Part shown: one piece after another, positions 13,901 to 27,809 of the stretch
Layout of the letters: the number at the start of each line of letters is the position of its first letter
Position numbering within the stretch: the stretch's first letter is position 1
Source of the DNA: Batkoa obscura
Lineage: Eukaryota
Length of the DNA: 64,000 nucleotides
Reading direction: 5' to 3'
NCBI GenBank assembly: GCA_030770535.1
Contig: JASVEC010000018.1
Span: forward strand, 124,001 to 188,000
Position numbers and translations under genes: made by a program
Notes under the pieces: generated by a model
Seen by the model: the letters and a program-made list of their open reading frames with translations, nothing else
Told to the model about the DNA's origin: nothing
The model's database searches: none

Positions 13901-14002
13901 CCTTCCATATCTTTTTCTGATATATATTCCTTTACCTATCCTCCTAGACGATTTCGCTGCCCTTGGAAGTTGATCTCTCATTATTAATCTTAACTTATTC
14001 AA
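7986..14002 (-). CDS. CHD/Mi-2 (Mit1-like) SNF2 chromatin remodeler, multi-exon; 5' end uncertain
   Basis: PHD-like Cys cluster, chromodomain-like segments ([11 protein letters not shown]), [71 protein letters not shown], a Cys/His motif and a long N/Q/P-rich tail. Confidence 0.9.
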
Positions 14003-14511
14003 GAGAGTTTATTTATAACTTTAGAACTAGTTTTATAAATATATAATCGAAATCATTGGTTGGTTAATGCTTAGTCATTACATCATAAGACCCTGAGATT
14101 ATCCCTATCCCTTAAATACTGTATAATAAAATTTATCATCAAAGTAAAGTTGGGTTTTGTTGTGTTTGTTAACTATATATTTGCAAGGAAAATAGGTTAA
14201 TAAGCTTCATTGGTTGACATTTACTAAATATATGCATTATAGAATGTATTATTGTTGCTATTATCAGTATGTAATTAATATATATGTTAAGATAAAGTTA
14301 ACAAGTACTTTCTAGCGTTATTTATATCAGTTTAAAAAATAAACAATTTGTAGAATGATTTTCAAACAAAACTATGTAATTATATCTAAAATGGCTTTAA
14401 AATAAAATTTATTTTTGCAACTATTACTGACTTTAAAACAGATTATTTTAGAAAACATAAATTTTGCTAAAGAATATTTAACGAAAAAAAGCTTACACTT
14501 ATGGCTATATT

Positions 14512-15229
14512 TTAATCTTTACTAAACAGTAACAAAAGCAACAGACTAAAGATACCAATATAGATCCTATAACCTTCAGTTAAGAAAAGTATAATTATCC
14601 CAATATACGGTATATATCTACATAAATTAAAACAGATTGTAATATCGCGTAAAAAATCATACCCTTTAACTATTCCCGTGATATCTTTCCTTTCCAACCA
14701 GAGTTGGTCATTATTATATAATTCTCTATCGTTGCTTAAATTATTATCTCCTTTAGTTAGGATAAACTCTTTCGTGATAGAATTGCTAATCAATTTGACT
14801 TAAAACTAATATAGACTATGCTACAAAAAATTACTCCCTATGTAAAGTAATAACTCTATGTATAATTGGATTATTTACTGATTTTAGATGAAATAAAATT
14901 ATATCTCCTATTTGTACACTGTCTTCAATAGGTGATAAAAATAACAAGTCCCCTCGATTTATCCCGGGTTCCATACTTCCACTATGAATTATAAACAATT
15001 TGTTGATTTGTTGATTATTAATTTACGTTAATACAATTGCAATAGGCGAATCAGTATCTGCAAACCATATAAACCATTTAGATAGCATTAATAGAATACA
15101 AATAACATTGGTATATAGAAAAACATGGCACAATAACTAAATGGATAATTAATATATCAAATTGTCAGAAAAATAGAAACCAACTTTTTTAAACACTAAT
15201 TTAAAATTTGAGTTCAACTTAGAAAACAT
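14512..15229 (-). CDS. SEC11: Signal peptidase complex catalytic subunit Sec11, divergent paralog (5 exons)
   Basis: TDSPIAIVLTGSMEPGINRGDLLFL, NPIIHRV, ILTKGDNNLSNDRELY. Intron positions match the two plus-strand copies. Confidence 0.88.
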
Positions 15230-15848
15230 TGAATGTGCTTTTTAATTTCATTTGTCAATTTTTAGTTCAAAATTTTGAAAATACCAGCTGGTTGATTTCA
15301 TCTCAAATTGAAAATAAATAGTAATTTAAAATTTTAGCTATTTGGTTGGTTAATTTTTTTAGAATTTGCTGCTTAAAATAAACAATTTGTATTGAAGTCT
15401 GTAATAGTAAACTAGAAAATTATTTATAAGCAAATGTAATCTGATATATCACCATTTTGATTATTATTACTAGTGTTTTGTATTGATAATTTAGAATCCC
15501 ATTTACGTAAATACATCAAGACAAAAAACACAAGATATATTTTAGCTTTATAATAAAAAGAAGCTAAAGGAAATCAAATTGTAAACTATATTTTATTAAA
15601 ATGTGCCAAAAACATTGATTTAAAATTTGGACTAAACTTTACCAAAAATTTGGACTATTTTTAAAATAAACATTTTTTATTTAATTTGAGACGAACCAAT
15701 TATAAATGCTAAAATATTAAAAAAGGACACTAATTTTTTTTATCGATGTAATAAAATCGATATTATGAGTTGGCAGTTTGTATATTACCCTATAAAAAAG
15801 ATATACAAATAATCAACATACCCAAAAAACTTATATTATTATAAAAAA

Positions 15849-16580
15849 ATGTCGTCAAGTATCAAAAACATTCAAAAGTTTGGGATTAGAAAAGTACGTA
15901 ATTAACATTTATAAATACATAATATTAACAAGAATTAAGACCGCCCTTCAATTACTTACTTTTTTAACTGTGGTATCTTCTGCTTTTATGATGTGGAAAG
16001 GACTTGCATGGTATACAAACACTGAATCTCCTGTAGTTGTTGTATTAACGTAACCATATTTATTTTATAAAAGTTTACAAATTTAAACTTGTTCTATAGT
16101 GGAAGTATGGAACCAGCATTCAAAAGAGGAGACTTATTATTTTTATCTTTAAATAATAGAACCCCACTTGAAATTGGAGAGATTGTAGTATTTAAATTAC
16201 CATCTAAGGATATACCTATTGTCCATAGAGTATTAAAACTTCATACTAAGTAATTATTATTTTATTTTATTTAAGTAATTAGCTAATATGAAAAAAGGAA
16301 TGATACAAAGGAAGAGTTTATTTTAACAAAAGGAGATAAGAATCAAATCAATGACCGAGAGCTATATGAAAAAAATCAGATTTGGTTAGAAAGACATCAC
16401 ATCATTGGTAGAGTTAAAGGGTAAGTATTGATTAATGTTGTTTCACATGTACTAAGCTGCTTTAGCCACCTTCCTTATATTGGTATGGTTACTATACTTC
16501 TAAACGATTATCCAAAGCTAAAGGTGGCGCTTTTGGCTATTATGGCACTCTATGTTTTTACTTCAAATGAAGAACAATAA
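15849..16580 (+). CDS. SEC11: Sec11 signal peptidase, tandem copy 1 (5 exons)
   Basis: [66 protein letters not shown]. Confidence 0.93.
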
Positions 16581-16913
16581 AATAGGACTCCTTAGTAAAT
16601 AAGGAAATAAAAAACATATTGGGTAGTAACTCATTTTTACTATAACTATTGCTAAAAAGTATATTTTAAGATAAGGATACAGTACAAAATTTCATTTATT
16701 TATTAATATATATTATTTATCCTAAACATATATAATATATTGCTTTATTTTAACTCATATACATCTAAATTATTTTTCACACTATTGTAAATAAGTTTGC
16801 ATTTTTTTTATTAGCGTAACGAAAATGATTGAGTTGGCAATTTTTGTTTTGTCATTGAAAAAAGATCTAAATCAAAAATTTAAATTGAGAACTCTATATT
16901 TTCTATTAAAAAA

Positions 16914-17646
16914 ATGATTTCAAGTGTCAAAGATATTCAGAGGATTGGGATTAGAAAAGTACGTAATTAACATTTATAAATACATAATATTAACAAGAAT
17001 TAAGACCGCCCTTCAATTACTTACTTTTTTAACTGTGGTATCTTCTGCTTTTATGATGTGGAAAGGACTTGCATGGTATACAAACACTGAATCTCCTGTA
17101 GTTGTTGTATTAACGTAACCATATTTATTTTATAAAAGTTTACAAATTTAAACTTGTTCTATAGTGGAAGTATGGAACCAGCATTCAAAAGAGGAGACTT
17201 ATTATTTTTATCTTTAAATAATAGAACCCCACTTGAAATTGGAGAGATTGTAGTATTTAAATTACCATCTAAGGATATACCTATTGTCCATAGAGTATTA
17301 AAACTTCATACTAAGTAATTATTATTTTATTTTATTTAAGTAATTAGCTAATATGAAAAAAGGAATGATACAAAGGAAGAGTTTATTTTAACAAAGGGAG
17401 ATGCTAATCCAGTGAACGACCGAGGTTTATATGAAAAAAATCAGATTTGGTTAGAAAGACATCACATCATTGGTAGAGTTAATGGGTAAATATTATTTGA
17501 TTATCATCTGAGTTTTTGTTAATTGTTTTAGTCATCTTCCTTATATTGGTATGGTTACTATACTTCTAAACGATTATCCAAAGCTAAAGGTGGCGCTTTT
17601 GGCTATTATGGCACTCTATGTTTTTACTTCAAATGAAGAACAATAA
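16914..17646 (+). CDS. SEC11: Sec11 signal peptidase, tandem copy 2 (5 exons)
   Basis: Same motifs at an offset of 1065 bp from copy 1. Differs at [15 protein letters not shown], exon 1 and intron 4. Confidence 0.93.
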
Positions 17647-18086
17647 AATGATGTACCCTGAGATATACAATACATACATAAGTGAATAAGGGGTAGTACT
17701 TTATCTATTATTATCACTGTTAGTAAAGTATGCATGTAAGCTAAAATACGTAATACGAAATTTCATTTAGTTATTAGGATCACGTTTTTAGTTAAGTAGA
17801 TTTATCAGCTTGTAATAATTAACATACATTATTTAAATGGCATAATAAGTTTGTTTAAAGAAATTATTTTGTACTATTAAAGCCGATAAATAAAATTAAT
17901 TAAAATCTTGTTAATGTAAGCATTATCGGTAATAATATATACTGTGGATATAATATGATAACAGTAATAGTAAGTTTAAAAGCCAATTAAATTAAAAATA
18001 AAAAAGCATCATAAAAGGATAATTTAAGAGCTTCTCTTTTAAATCCCTCCTCTCTTTAAAAAACTAATACAAAATAATACATATTA

Positions 18087-19626
18087 TGAATGATTGTGAA
18101 ATAGCAGGAGATCAAATCAAAACAAGTCAAAATAATGATACAAAATATAAACACAACATTTTTGAATCCAAAATACTAAATCAAATCTGTGGCTCAGATA
18201 AAGACATTGATGTATGTTATAACAATATACACGAAAGGTATTCAAACATGATAAGTAGTTTTTAATGAAGATTTTTGTAAAATTGGTCATAGATATCTAC
18301 AATCAAAGATATGCCAATAGAACCAACTTAAGGCTTTAGGTTATTGCTTAAATAAATTCCAAAACAAAGATGAAATAAAATTGAATTTTTTGAAAACTAA
18401 CTATTAAAGCAAAATGTAAAGTCTATATCATATAGTATGACAAATCAAATTTCGTTAGGAGATTCTTTTATTGAAGCACTTGTTCTATTTTTGACCAAAA
18501 AGATAACGAGCTTATTCAAGTACCAATTAACAATAGTAAGGATGATGGACTTATTTGCGCTATGTGTTTAGATACGGGTTGTTAAAAGAGCTCGGAAATT
18601 AAACTTTAAATTGATAGTCAAGGGTAACTCGTGTATTACCGAGGAGCTAGTCTCCTATATTTATTTATCTTTAAATTTGTCAAACTATTCTAAAAATGTA
18701 GCTACAAACGACTATGATACGAATATAATTAAAAAATCAAAGATGGAATTCAATAGTTTGTAAATGGATCTAATTCATTTAATAAATATCCAAAGAAAAT
18801 CGAATTAAAAATAATTGAAAAAACAAATGCAGGAGCTCAAAATAGTTGTTACTATATTACATTATCAACGCTTTGATTCGATAATAAGGACCTTTCTCTA
18901 ATTAACTCTACCAAGACTGGTACCGTTTATAAATGAATTTGTATTACATTATTCATTAAATTATGATACAAGTGTTATTAAGAAGTAAAATCATGAGTCA
19001 AAAAATTGAAGTTATTTTATGTTTTACATATAACTATTAACCATAGTTTATTAAAGCTTGAAAATGTACAATTTAATGAAGTAGACCAATTATATATTAA
19101 GAAGTTTAGTAAATGAGTTGGTGGTTATTTTATCATAAGTATTATATGTATGGAAAACGATCATTTTGCTTGGGTAAAAGCAGCATTAATCAAAATGATC
19201 AAATATAATAAGCGGGAATTTGATAATGGTTCAATATTAAAAACAACACTTAAATTGTCACTTGCATTTTTATTACGATAGTTATGATCAACAATTATTG
19301 AACTATTCAATGATTGAACAAAAAGATTTACACTATTATACAGCATGTTTTTAATTTATTTTAGACATACTATAAAATCCAATGCTTTTAGTAAACTTTG
19401 GTGGACTATTGCTATGTTAGATGTTTTTGTTCAACCTTATGAGGTGATCTTCAATTGTTTTTTGGTTTTGTCTATTGATTAAGTAAGAAAAGAAACAAAA
19501 GTTGATGCCAATGATAGCCGAGTAAGTGCGATAGAACAAAAGGAAAAATAATTAAAATGCCAAAGGAAAATCTCTGATAAGTTTGATTGTGTTAATATAT
19601 TTAACTCAGAGTTAGGCAATAGTTAA
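18087..19626 (+). pseudogene. Possible decayed gene of unknown family
   Basis: Coding-like composition with short frames broken by stops (MNDCEIAGDQ...; ...KLWWTIAMLDVFVQPYE...). No family recognised. Confidence 0.25.
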
Positions 19627-19750
19627 GTAGGTAATTTTTTGTCAACTTTTTAAATAATAATTAGTAGTTTATCAATTACTTGGTCCAAGATTACAAAAAG
19701 TCAATGAGTTAATCCTCATCTTATCTATTTATTCCTCTATATTAAATATT

Positions 19751-21588
19751 TCAGTCTTCTCTTTCATCTTCATCTTCATCTTGGGATAAAACACCATTGC
19801 TATCCTTACTTTCTTCAGTTCTAGCATATAAAATACCTTCCTTATTAAGATAAGTAAAGTGCTCTTTATAACAGTCTACACTTTTAATGAACTCAGCAAA
19901 TCTATATAGACTAGAATTAATATTTTAACTTATAGTAAATATAATACTTACACTTTCTCTCCCTTTTCAACCTTATAAATAGTGGGATAAATCATTTTGT
20001 GTTTAAATGCTTCCATTTCCTCCTACAAAAAATTAAATAAAGATCAACGTTATTTAAACTACAGCTTACTTCATAAGGTGTAAAACTAAGTTCTCCAAGC
20101 TCCCCAGTTTCTTGCTTATCTTTCATCTTTTTATTGTAGATATCATAAACAGGCTAGAAAATTAAATAAATGTATAATCAAACAAACTCTAAAAATTAAT
20201 TACTTTTTCTAATAATAAACCAAGACCAGGTACTTTAGGTATGCTAATCTTAACATCACCGAATGCTTTTTGAATGATATCAATCGGTGTTTCTGAACGT
20301 ACAACCATAATAACCATAGCTAGTAAATATTATATTAAATAATAATATAAATAATAACAAGTAATATAATTTACCTATCATTTTACGAATTTGGTGCATC
20401 ATAAAAGATTGACCATGAACTTTTAAAGAAACCCATTCGAGGCCGTCTCTAATAAAAGGTTGGCTTATCTATAAAAAAGATGAACAAACAAATAGTTTTA
20501 TAACTATTATTAATTACCTTGAAAGAATGGATGAATCTATTAGAAGCTTGTTCACTAAACTGTCTTTTAATGGTAAAATTATGAAAGTTATGAGTGCCTT
20601 TATAAAGATCTAAAGCTTCTTGAATTCTTTGTAACATATCTTGAGTAAGTCTAAATTGATAAAATTCTTCAATTTCTTGAGGAGTACAAGGAGGCATATC
20701 TTTAGGGTTTGTTACATCAACTTTTGGATAGGTTTTTGGGGGTGTGAAAACATAAGTTGGTAATAAATACTCATATACCCTTGAATCACACAAATTTTTG
20801 GCATGGAACGATTTTTGAGTTCTTACATAGCCTAAAATCTTAGTCTAAATGCACTTATTAATTGAAAATTTATTACCAAAAACTTCAATCTCATCAGGTA
20901 AGGCTTCATTAAGGTTTTTGATTGTATCATCTTCGATAATCATTTTAAATGATACTACTTGTCCAGCTGCTGATACTCCTTTATCAGTTCTTGCTGCTCT
21001 CATAAACCCAACCTAGCTAATAAATCATTGTTTTACCACTTTTAATACTGATTTACCTTTCTAATATCGTCTGAGTTATCTTTAGAAACAGCACCAATTT
21101 TACACAAAGCATCAAAGAGATCCTGTTCGATAGTTTTTGCGCCAGGATTTCTAATTAAGCATTAATAAAAGCAATCTAACTTTGCTTAGTAACTCTTACA
21201 CTTGCATACCCTGATAGTTGGCACCTGAAAAACCCATAAGTAAAGCTACTTTTTTCTTTGGTTTTCTAGGTTCATCTGACTTAACTCGACCTTCATTACT
21301 ATGATCCCAATCTTTCATTTTATTTTTCATAAAATTGATTCGACGGTCTTTAGCAGTTTTAAACTTTTTTTTTTGATTCTCATTATCGTCTTTTGAATCT
21401 TCATTCTGCTCACTTTTGATTTCAGTAGCTTGTTCAATTGATGTTGAGTTTGATTCATCTTTGGTATTATTTAATGACATATCTTTATTATCGGTAATTT
21501 GACTCATCCTATTAAAATGTATTTTTGAGTTTAAAAGCTTCCAACTTGGATTTTTTGAACGAGTTAAGAATTTTAATAAAAAGTGCAT
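19751..21588 (-). CDS. PUS1: tRNA pseudouridine synthase Pus1 (TruA family), multi-exon
   Basis: [67 protein letters not shown]. Confidence 0.95.
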
Positions 21589-22135
21589 TTTTTAATAAAA
21601 AGTTTTTCGAGATTTCTTTTTTATTGGCTATTATTAAAATGAAGTAACAAACTTAATATAAAAGATGTAGCTTAATTTAATTAACATTGGATTTAATTTG
21701 GTGTGTTTTTCAACAAAGATGGAAGGTGGAAGGTGTGGCAGATAAACCATTGATAAGCAGCATTTTAGATAATAATTTATAATTTGAATTATTTATTGTT
21801 ATTATTCCGTAACACCTCGAGTTATAATTATTTTAATGTTTTTTAAAAATGAAGCATTTATTTGTTCATTTTACTTGAATTATCATTATTCAATATTTAA
21901 ATCAAATTTCCTTTTCAATCTCAATTCCTCATTTTAGCGAATAACTTAACTCACCAAAATATTACATTAAAATCAAGTTGAATTGATTGGTCCTTAGTGA
22001 AACATCAACCATTTCTTAGGTACTTAATTAAGCATAATAGATCATAGAGTGATTGGCTAGAGAACTATTTAAAGTAACTAAATTAAATGGATCAGAAATC
22101 CCTAAACCAAAAAAAGCATTTTTTTACTGTTTATA

Positions 22136-23854
22136 ATGGATAACCTCAATGAAAGTAAAAATTTACCAAGTATTAGTTTGGATGTTAGTGCCTTAGATAA
22201 TCGAACAGAACAACTTAAGAAAGCTCAGCAAAAACTATCCTCCAATTCAAACCCTAATGCCACTCATAGAAGACATCGTAACTCATTATCAAGTTATCCA
22301 GTATTTCAAAGTAACTATCATTTAACTAAATTAAGTATTTAACTAATTGTTTAGGTGACTCATCTTATGATCAGGAGATTTATAATACTACTTCAAGTTC
22401 AATTCAAAGAGAACTTTCGAATCAAGATTTCAAAGAACCTGTTAAAGCTGTTGAAAAATGGGCTAATCAATTAAATTCATCTCAACTCTTGACTTTAGCA
22501 TGTGTATTATTTAAACGATTAGATGCCTCTCAAATTAATATAGTTCAAAATTTGTTAAAACAATGTCATAAAGAACCAGCTTTTTTCTTTGGTGTTTTAA
22601 CAAAAGCAGTTAATGACGGTAAAATCCTTATTCTTATTTAATAGTATATTTATAAGTTTTAAAAGAACCTAAAAATGGCGACGAAGAAGATGATTCTATT
22701 TCAAAATTAATGTCAGCTTTAACAATAGCAGAAGCAACAAAAAAGAAAACTTCTGGAAACCCATATAGAAAATCATTACCAGTAACTTTTGATCTCAATA
22801 TGGGTAAGCCACGTTATGAACCATTTTCAATGGATATACCAGAGGATACTGCTCAAAGCTCACCTTATTACGGCTCACGTACGCCAACGTTTAATGAAGA
22901 AACTTTTAATGGTTTACCAAAACATGATTGGCTCACACCTCAAACTAGAAATCTAACTACTATATCGCCAGAAATGCCTAATAGAATTCGACCTAAATCC
23001 ATGTTTGAACCAGGCCTTTTAAATGTTTCATGGAATGATGAAGAGGATATTACAATGAATCGTATGGGTAAAATGCAAAATGAAGTTAATTTATGGAATG
23101 CACCTATATCTCCAAGTTTTCTTAAGAATCCAAACAATAATCCAAATAACTATAACCTCAATCATTTTAATGAATCACGAAGAACACATAATGCGCTTTC
23201 TATAAATATACAATCGTAAGAAACTAATTTTTATAATACTAAAATGAAGCTAATATTTTTAGTGATAATTATATCCCAACTACTACTTATTCTGCTGGTA
23301 TTCCACCTAGAAACATGTATCATCAAACTATGCCAAATACCCCAAACCCGTCGATGTTAAATGCTAATTCTGGGTCATTTTCACCATCTAATTGGATGGG
23401 ATTCAAGGATAAAAGTAAACGAAAAAGTCAAGGAGAAAATGAAGCATTTGCACAAAATGCACGCAATATGTTTTCTAATATCCCCAATACATTTCGTAAA
23501 CATCTTATGAAACCACATAACAAAGTTGATTTTGATCTTTTACAAGGTAAACGATGATATTGTTATATTATAGATTGATTTTTAAATAATTTCAGATATA
23601 CCTGCTTGGTTACGTTCCCTTCGATTGCATAAATATACTGAAGCTTTTGACGGTATGGTTTGGCAAGATATTATTAAACTTACAGATGAAGAATTGAGTG
23701 AAAAAGGAATATCAGCATTAGGAGCAAGAAGGAAAATGTTAAAACATTTTGAATTAGTTAAACAAGAGCTTCAAAATAAGGTAAATATTTAGTGATATTA
23801 CTTCTATTATTAATTAATTTCTAACCTATATCAATATAGAACAAAGTCAAATGA
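22136..23854 (+). CDS. VTS1: Vts1/Smaug-family SAM-domain RNA-binding protein, multi-exon
   Basis: C-terminal SAM domain [18 protein letters not shown]...[20 protein letters not shown]. Confidence 0.85.
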
Positions 23855-24556
23855 ATTATAGAAGATGGGTAATAATTTTTTCCAACAATTACTTTTTTTT
23901 TGCTAGTTCTGTGAACTTTGCTTTTTATATTAAAATTATAACTTTTGTGCCATTAATTTACCAAAAGTTTTGCTAATTTCATATTAAAATTAATCAATCA
24001 TTGAAGTATCCTTTTTTTACTTTTTTGTAACAATTACTCGCCCTTCATATGAGATTTCGATGTTTATATTAGTATTAATTGCCCATGTATTATCAAAATA
24101 AATAAATGCTTTTTAATTATTAATATTTGATTTTAAGTTTTAATTAGTAATTTAGTATAATTTTTATATACATTATAAAAAATGTAGAATTCAATAGATA
24201 AGTTATTTTATTTTGAATTATTATTAGAAAACATAAGATATACATAAAACAAATTAAATGTAGAAAGTAATTCAAGATGTGTTTTTAATGTTTACTTTTA
24301 AAATTACTTCTTTATATCTCCTTAAGGTCAATTTATTCGTTTTAATTATGCTAATAAGAAATAAGGTAAATCACTTAATTTATTTAATAATTTTGATGTA
24401 AATTTATAATCCCTTTTTTTTTAAAAAACATTATTTATGTTATATTAAATTAAGTTTCAAAAAAAAGATTTCAAATTTTAATTTTTATTAATTATAATCA
24501 AAATAAGTCCATTTACAAAACTACGATCTTTACAAACTATCAAAAATACACTGAAA

Positions 24557-25912
24557 ATGGCTAAAATAAAAATGATAGGTAACACAGACAATAAAATTGA
24601 AATCATGACTCAACCTTGATATCTTTACATAGATATTGGTGTCAACTTAACCGACCCAATGTTCCAAGGTATCTATCGTGATAAAAAATATCATGAAGGT
24701 AAATTACATCCCCCTCTCTTTACCACTTAAAACCTTTGACATCATTTTAGCTGATATTGATAGTGTATTACAACGGGCACAAGGTGTGGGGGTTGAAAAA
24801 ATTATAGTGACAGGAACGAATTTAGCAGAAAGTCAATCGGCATTAGAATATGTACGTTCTTATCAACAATTTAATTTATATTCTACAGTTGGAGTCCATC
24901 CTACCCGTTGTACCGATTTTGAATCAGTTAATCCCGATTATTATGAGTTACAATTAAAAAAATTAATTTTGGAAAATAAAGATAAAGTGGTAGCTATTGG
25001 TGAGTGTGGATTAGGTAAATGAGTTTTGATAACGTAAATATAAAAGTTAATAATCATTTTATTAGATTATGCTCGATTGCAATTTTGTCCAAGGGAAGTA
25101 CAAAGAAAGTCAGTATTATTAAATTAATCTTTATTTAGTTTTTAATCTTTATCTATTATTATTTTATAGATACTTTGAACGTCAATTAATGATGGCTAAA
25201 GAAATTGGATTACCTTTATTTTTTCATAATCGAGATACAAAAGGAGAGTTTTTACAAATGGTTACGGAACATCGAGATAAATTTAGTACCGGGGTTGTTC
25301 ATTCTTATGATGGTACTTTAGAAGAAGCTTTGGCTTTAATTCAATTAGGTTTATATATTGGTATTAATGGATGGTAATTCTTTATTTTTATTAATATATA
25401 GTATTATATTAATCTTCTTTTATTGTTTAGTTCCCTAAAAACGGATGCTAATATACAAGTAGTCTCCAAAATTCCATTAAATAAAATTATGATTGAAACA
25501 GGTAAATTCTAATATAATATAAATTCATTTATTAGATAATAATAATAATAATAAATTAATTTCTTTAGATGCTCCTTGGTGTGAAATTCGTGGAACAAGT
25601 CCTAGTTATCCCATCTTATTAAAATCGATAATGGAAAATCCAACACATCAACCAAGTACACCTTATTCTATTCATAAAAAAGAAAAATTTGTTAAAGGAT
25701 CTCAAGTTAAATTTCGTAATGAACCTTGTTGTGTTTAGTAAGTTAATATTCTATTTTTGAATATTTCTTTATAAATTATTAATAATTGTTTTTTTAGTTA
25801 TATTTTACATATTTTGTCTCAATTGCATCATACCCCCATAGAACAGGTAGCCGAGATTATTTATAATACAACTGAAGATATTTTCTTTAAAAGTAATTTA
25901 AATTTGAAATAA
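24557..25912 (+). CDS. TatD-family DNase (TATDN1-like), multi-exon
   Basis: IDIGVNLTDPMFQGIY, STVGVHPTRC, VAIGECGLDY, PLFFHNR, GVVHSYDG, MIETDAPWCEI, RNEPC. An upstream exon near 24348 is possible. Confidence 0.93.
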
Positions 25913-26003
25913 AATTTAAAATTGTTGAAAGTATAATTTAGTATAATAGAATTGCAATTATCTAAAATAATTTTCAGCTTAATTTTCTAAAATAACAACA
26001 TAT

Positions 26004-26100
26004 GGGGATGCATTTTTGTGTTTGAGAATTTTACTACCACTTATCCACTCAAATAGCGCTTAAAAAATGGAAAAGTAATGAAATCAAAAAAAACATCCCC
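26004..26100 (+). mobile_element. ~95 bp MITE (GGGGATG...CATCCCC TIRs), TSD ATAT
   Basis: ATAT|GGGGATG...AAATAGCGCTTAAAA...CATCCCC|ATAT; member of a family repeated across the window. Confidence 0.85.
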
Positions 26101-26365
26101 ATATCAAATCCAAATCTTTAATTAAAAATAAGAGTTTGAATTTGTTAAACAATTGTTTAACTAAAATTTCAATAAAATTTGATCATAAATGTTTGATTAA
26201 AAATGATACTAAATCTTAAGTTTATATATTATTAAAATAATAATAAAATTTCATTGATATTTATTAACTTTGGAACCCAATAGCCTTAAATTTCATCTAT
26301 TTATTTATTAGAAGGTCTATAAAAAATATTACTATTTTTTTATCGAAACTTATATAAAAGAACAC

Positions 26366-27614
26366 TTACTGAGACCAATCCACTCTTAAAATAAGATTAT
26401 CATAACCATGACCATCCAAAGCAGCACGTGCTTTTTCAGCATCTGATTTATCATAATAAGAAACAAATGCAAATCCTTTACAACGACCAGTTTCATGATC
26501 TTTAGCAAGATAAACACGTTGAATATTTCCAAATTTACGGAATAATTCATTAACATCTCCCTCTCTTGTATCTTCGGATAAATTTGTAACTCGAAGAGAA
26601 GCAGAATCATCTAAAGTTAAGAAAAAGAAGCAGTTAATATTCAATTTAGTTAAAATTGCATACAATAATATAACTTACCTCTTTTATCACGAAGAGATTC
26701 ACCTGCTGGAGCATCCCCACCACTACGACGTAAATGAGGTGCCATATATCTATTACCTGATGGAGCATCACCTATTAATTAAAAAAAGGGGGTTAATAAA
26801 AACCCAAAACAAATAATAACAAATTCCTAATATATTGTTTTCTTTTCAACTTACCAGTTTTAGATTCGGCGGCTTTGGAAGCAACCGTTAACTCATCCAT
26901 TGGTTGAAGGGTATCTTTATATGGACATTTACTAGTGAAATGATCGCCTTTACAAATACGACATAAAATTTTTTTGCCTTTTAATTGTTCTTTTTGTTTG
27001 CTATCATCATCTTCTTCATTGAAATTCTAAATTAATTAATATTAATTAATATTGAAATTTACCAATAGAAATAAGATTAAAAAAATTACTTGATTCATAG
27101 ATAATTTTAAAAATATTTGTTCTCCTACACTAGTCGTTTGTAAATTGGGGCCTGGGGCACTACCCTTTTCATCACCAAACTTTTCCCACTTCTAATTAGT
27201 TAGGATCAAGTATTAATGTCTCCTTTTTTTATTATAAAATAAATAAAGTTACTTTTCTTTGTGCTACTGCTTTATTAACTTGTTCTTTTTTTAATGTTAA
27301 CTTAATTTTTCTAGTGACCTAAATTAGGATTAATTATTTTTTTGGAATCTTATTTTTAGTTATTATATACTTTAATTTTTTTTCCATCATCACTATCTTT
27401 ATATTCAATAAATACTTTTAACCCATTTTCATCTGTATAAGATTTAGGTGCATAACGATCTAATTTGTATAATAATTAAAAATAAATCCTTTTTTTAAAA
27501 GTTATTCGTTAACTACCTAATTCTTCACCAACTTCATCTGCCCAGTTTGTACTAATTAAATTATCAGCCTCATTCTTTTTAGTTTTATTTATTTTACCTT
27601 AATTCAGCTGCCAT
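26366..27614 (-). CDS. TIF35: Translation initiation factor eIF3 subunit g, multi-exon with 5' microexons
   Basis: N-terminal [21 protein letters not shown] zinc knuckle and a C-terminal RRM ([12 protein letters not shown]...KGFAFVSY...[11 protein letters not shown]). Confidence 0.95.
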
Positions 27615-27809
27615 ACTTTTTTGCTTTTATTGTGATGAAAAACAAACCATTAAGGTTGGATAATAAGATTAACTTAAGTTATATAACTTCCCATAATTAA
27701 TTTTGATCCATTAGATGACAAAATCTGTAAACAGTGATGGAATTTTGATCAAATATTAATCTTTAAAAAATTGTAAGAAATTTAAAATTTCTACTTTTGC
27801 ATTGAAATA

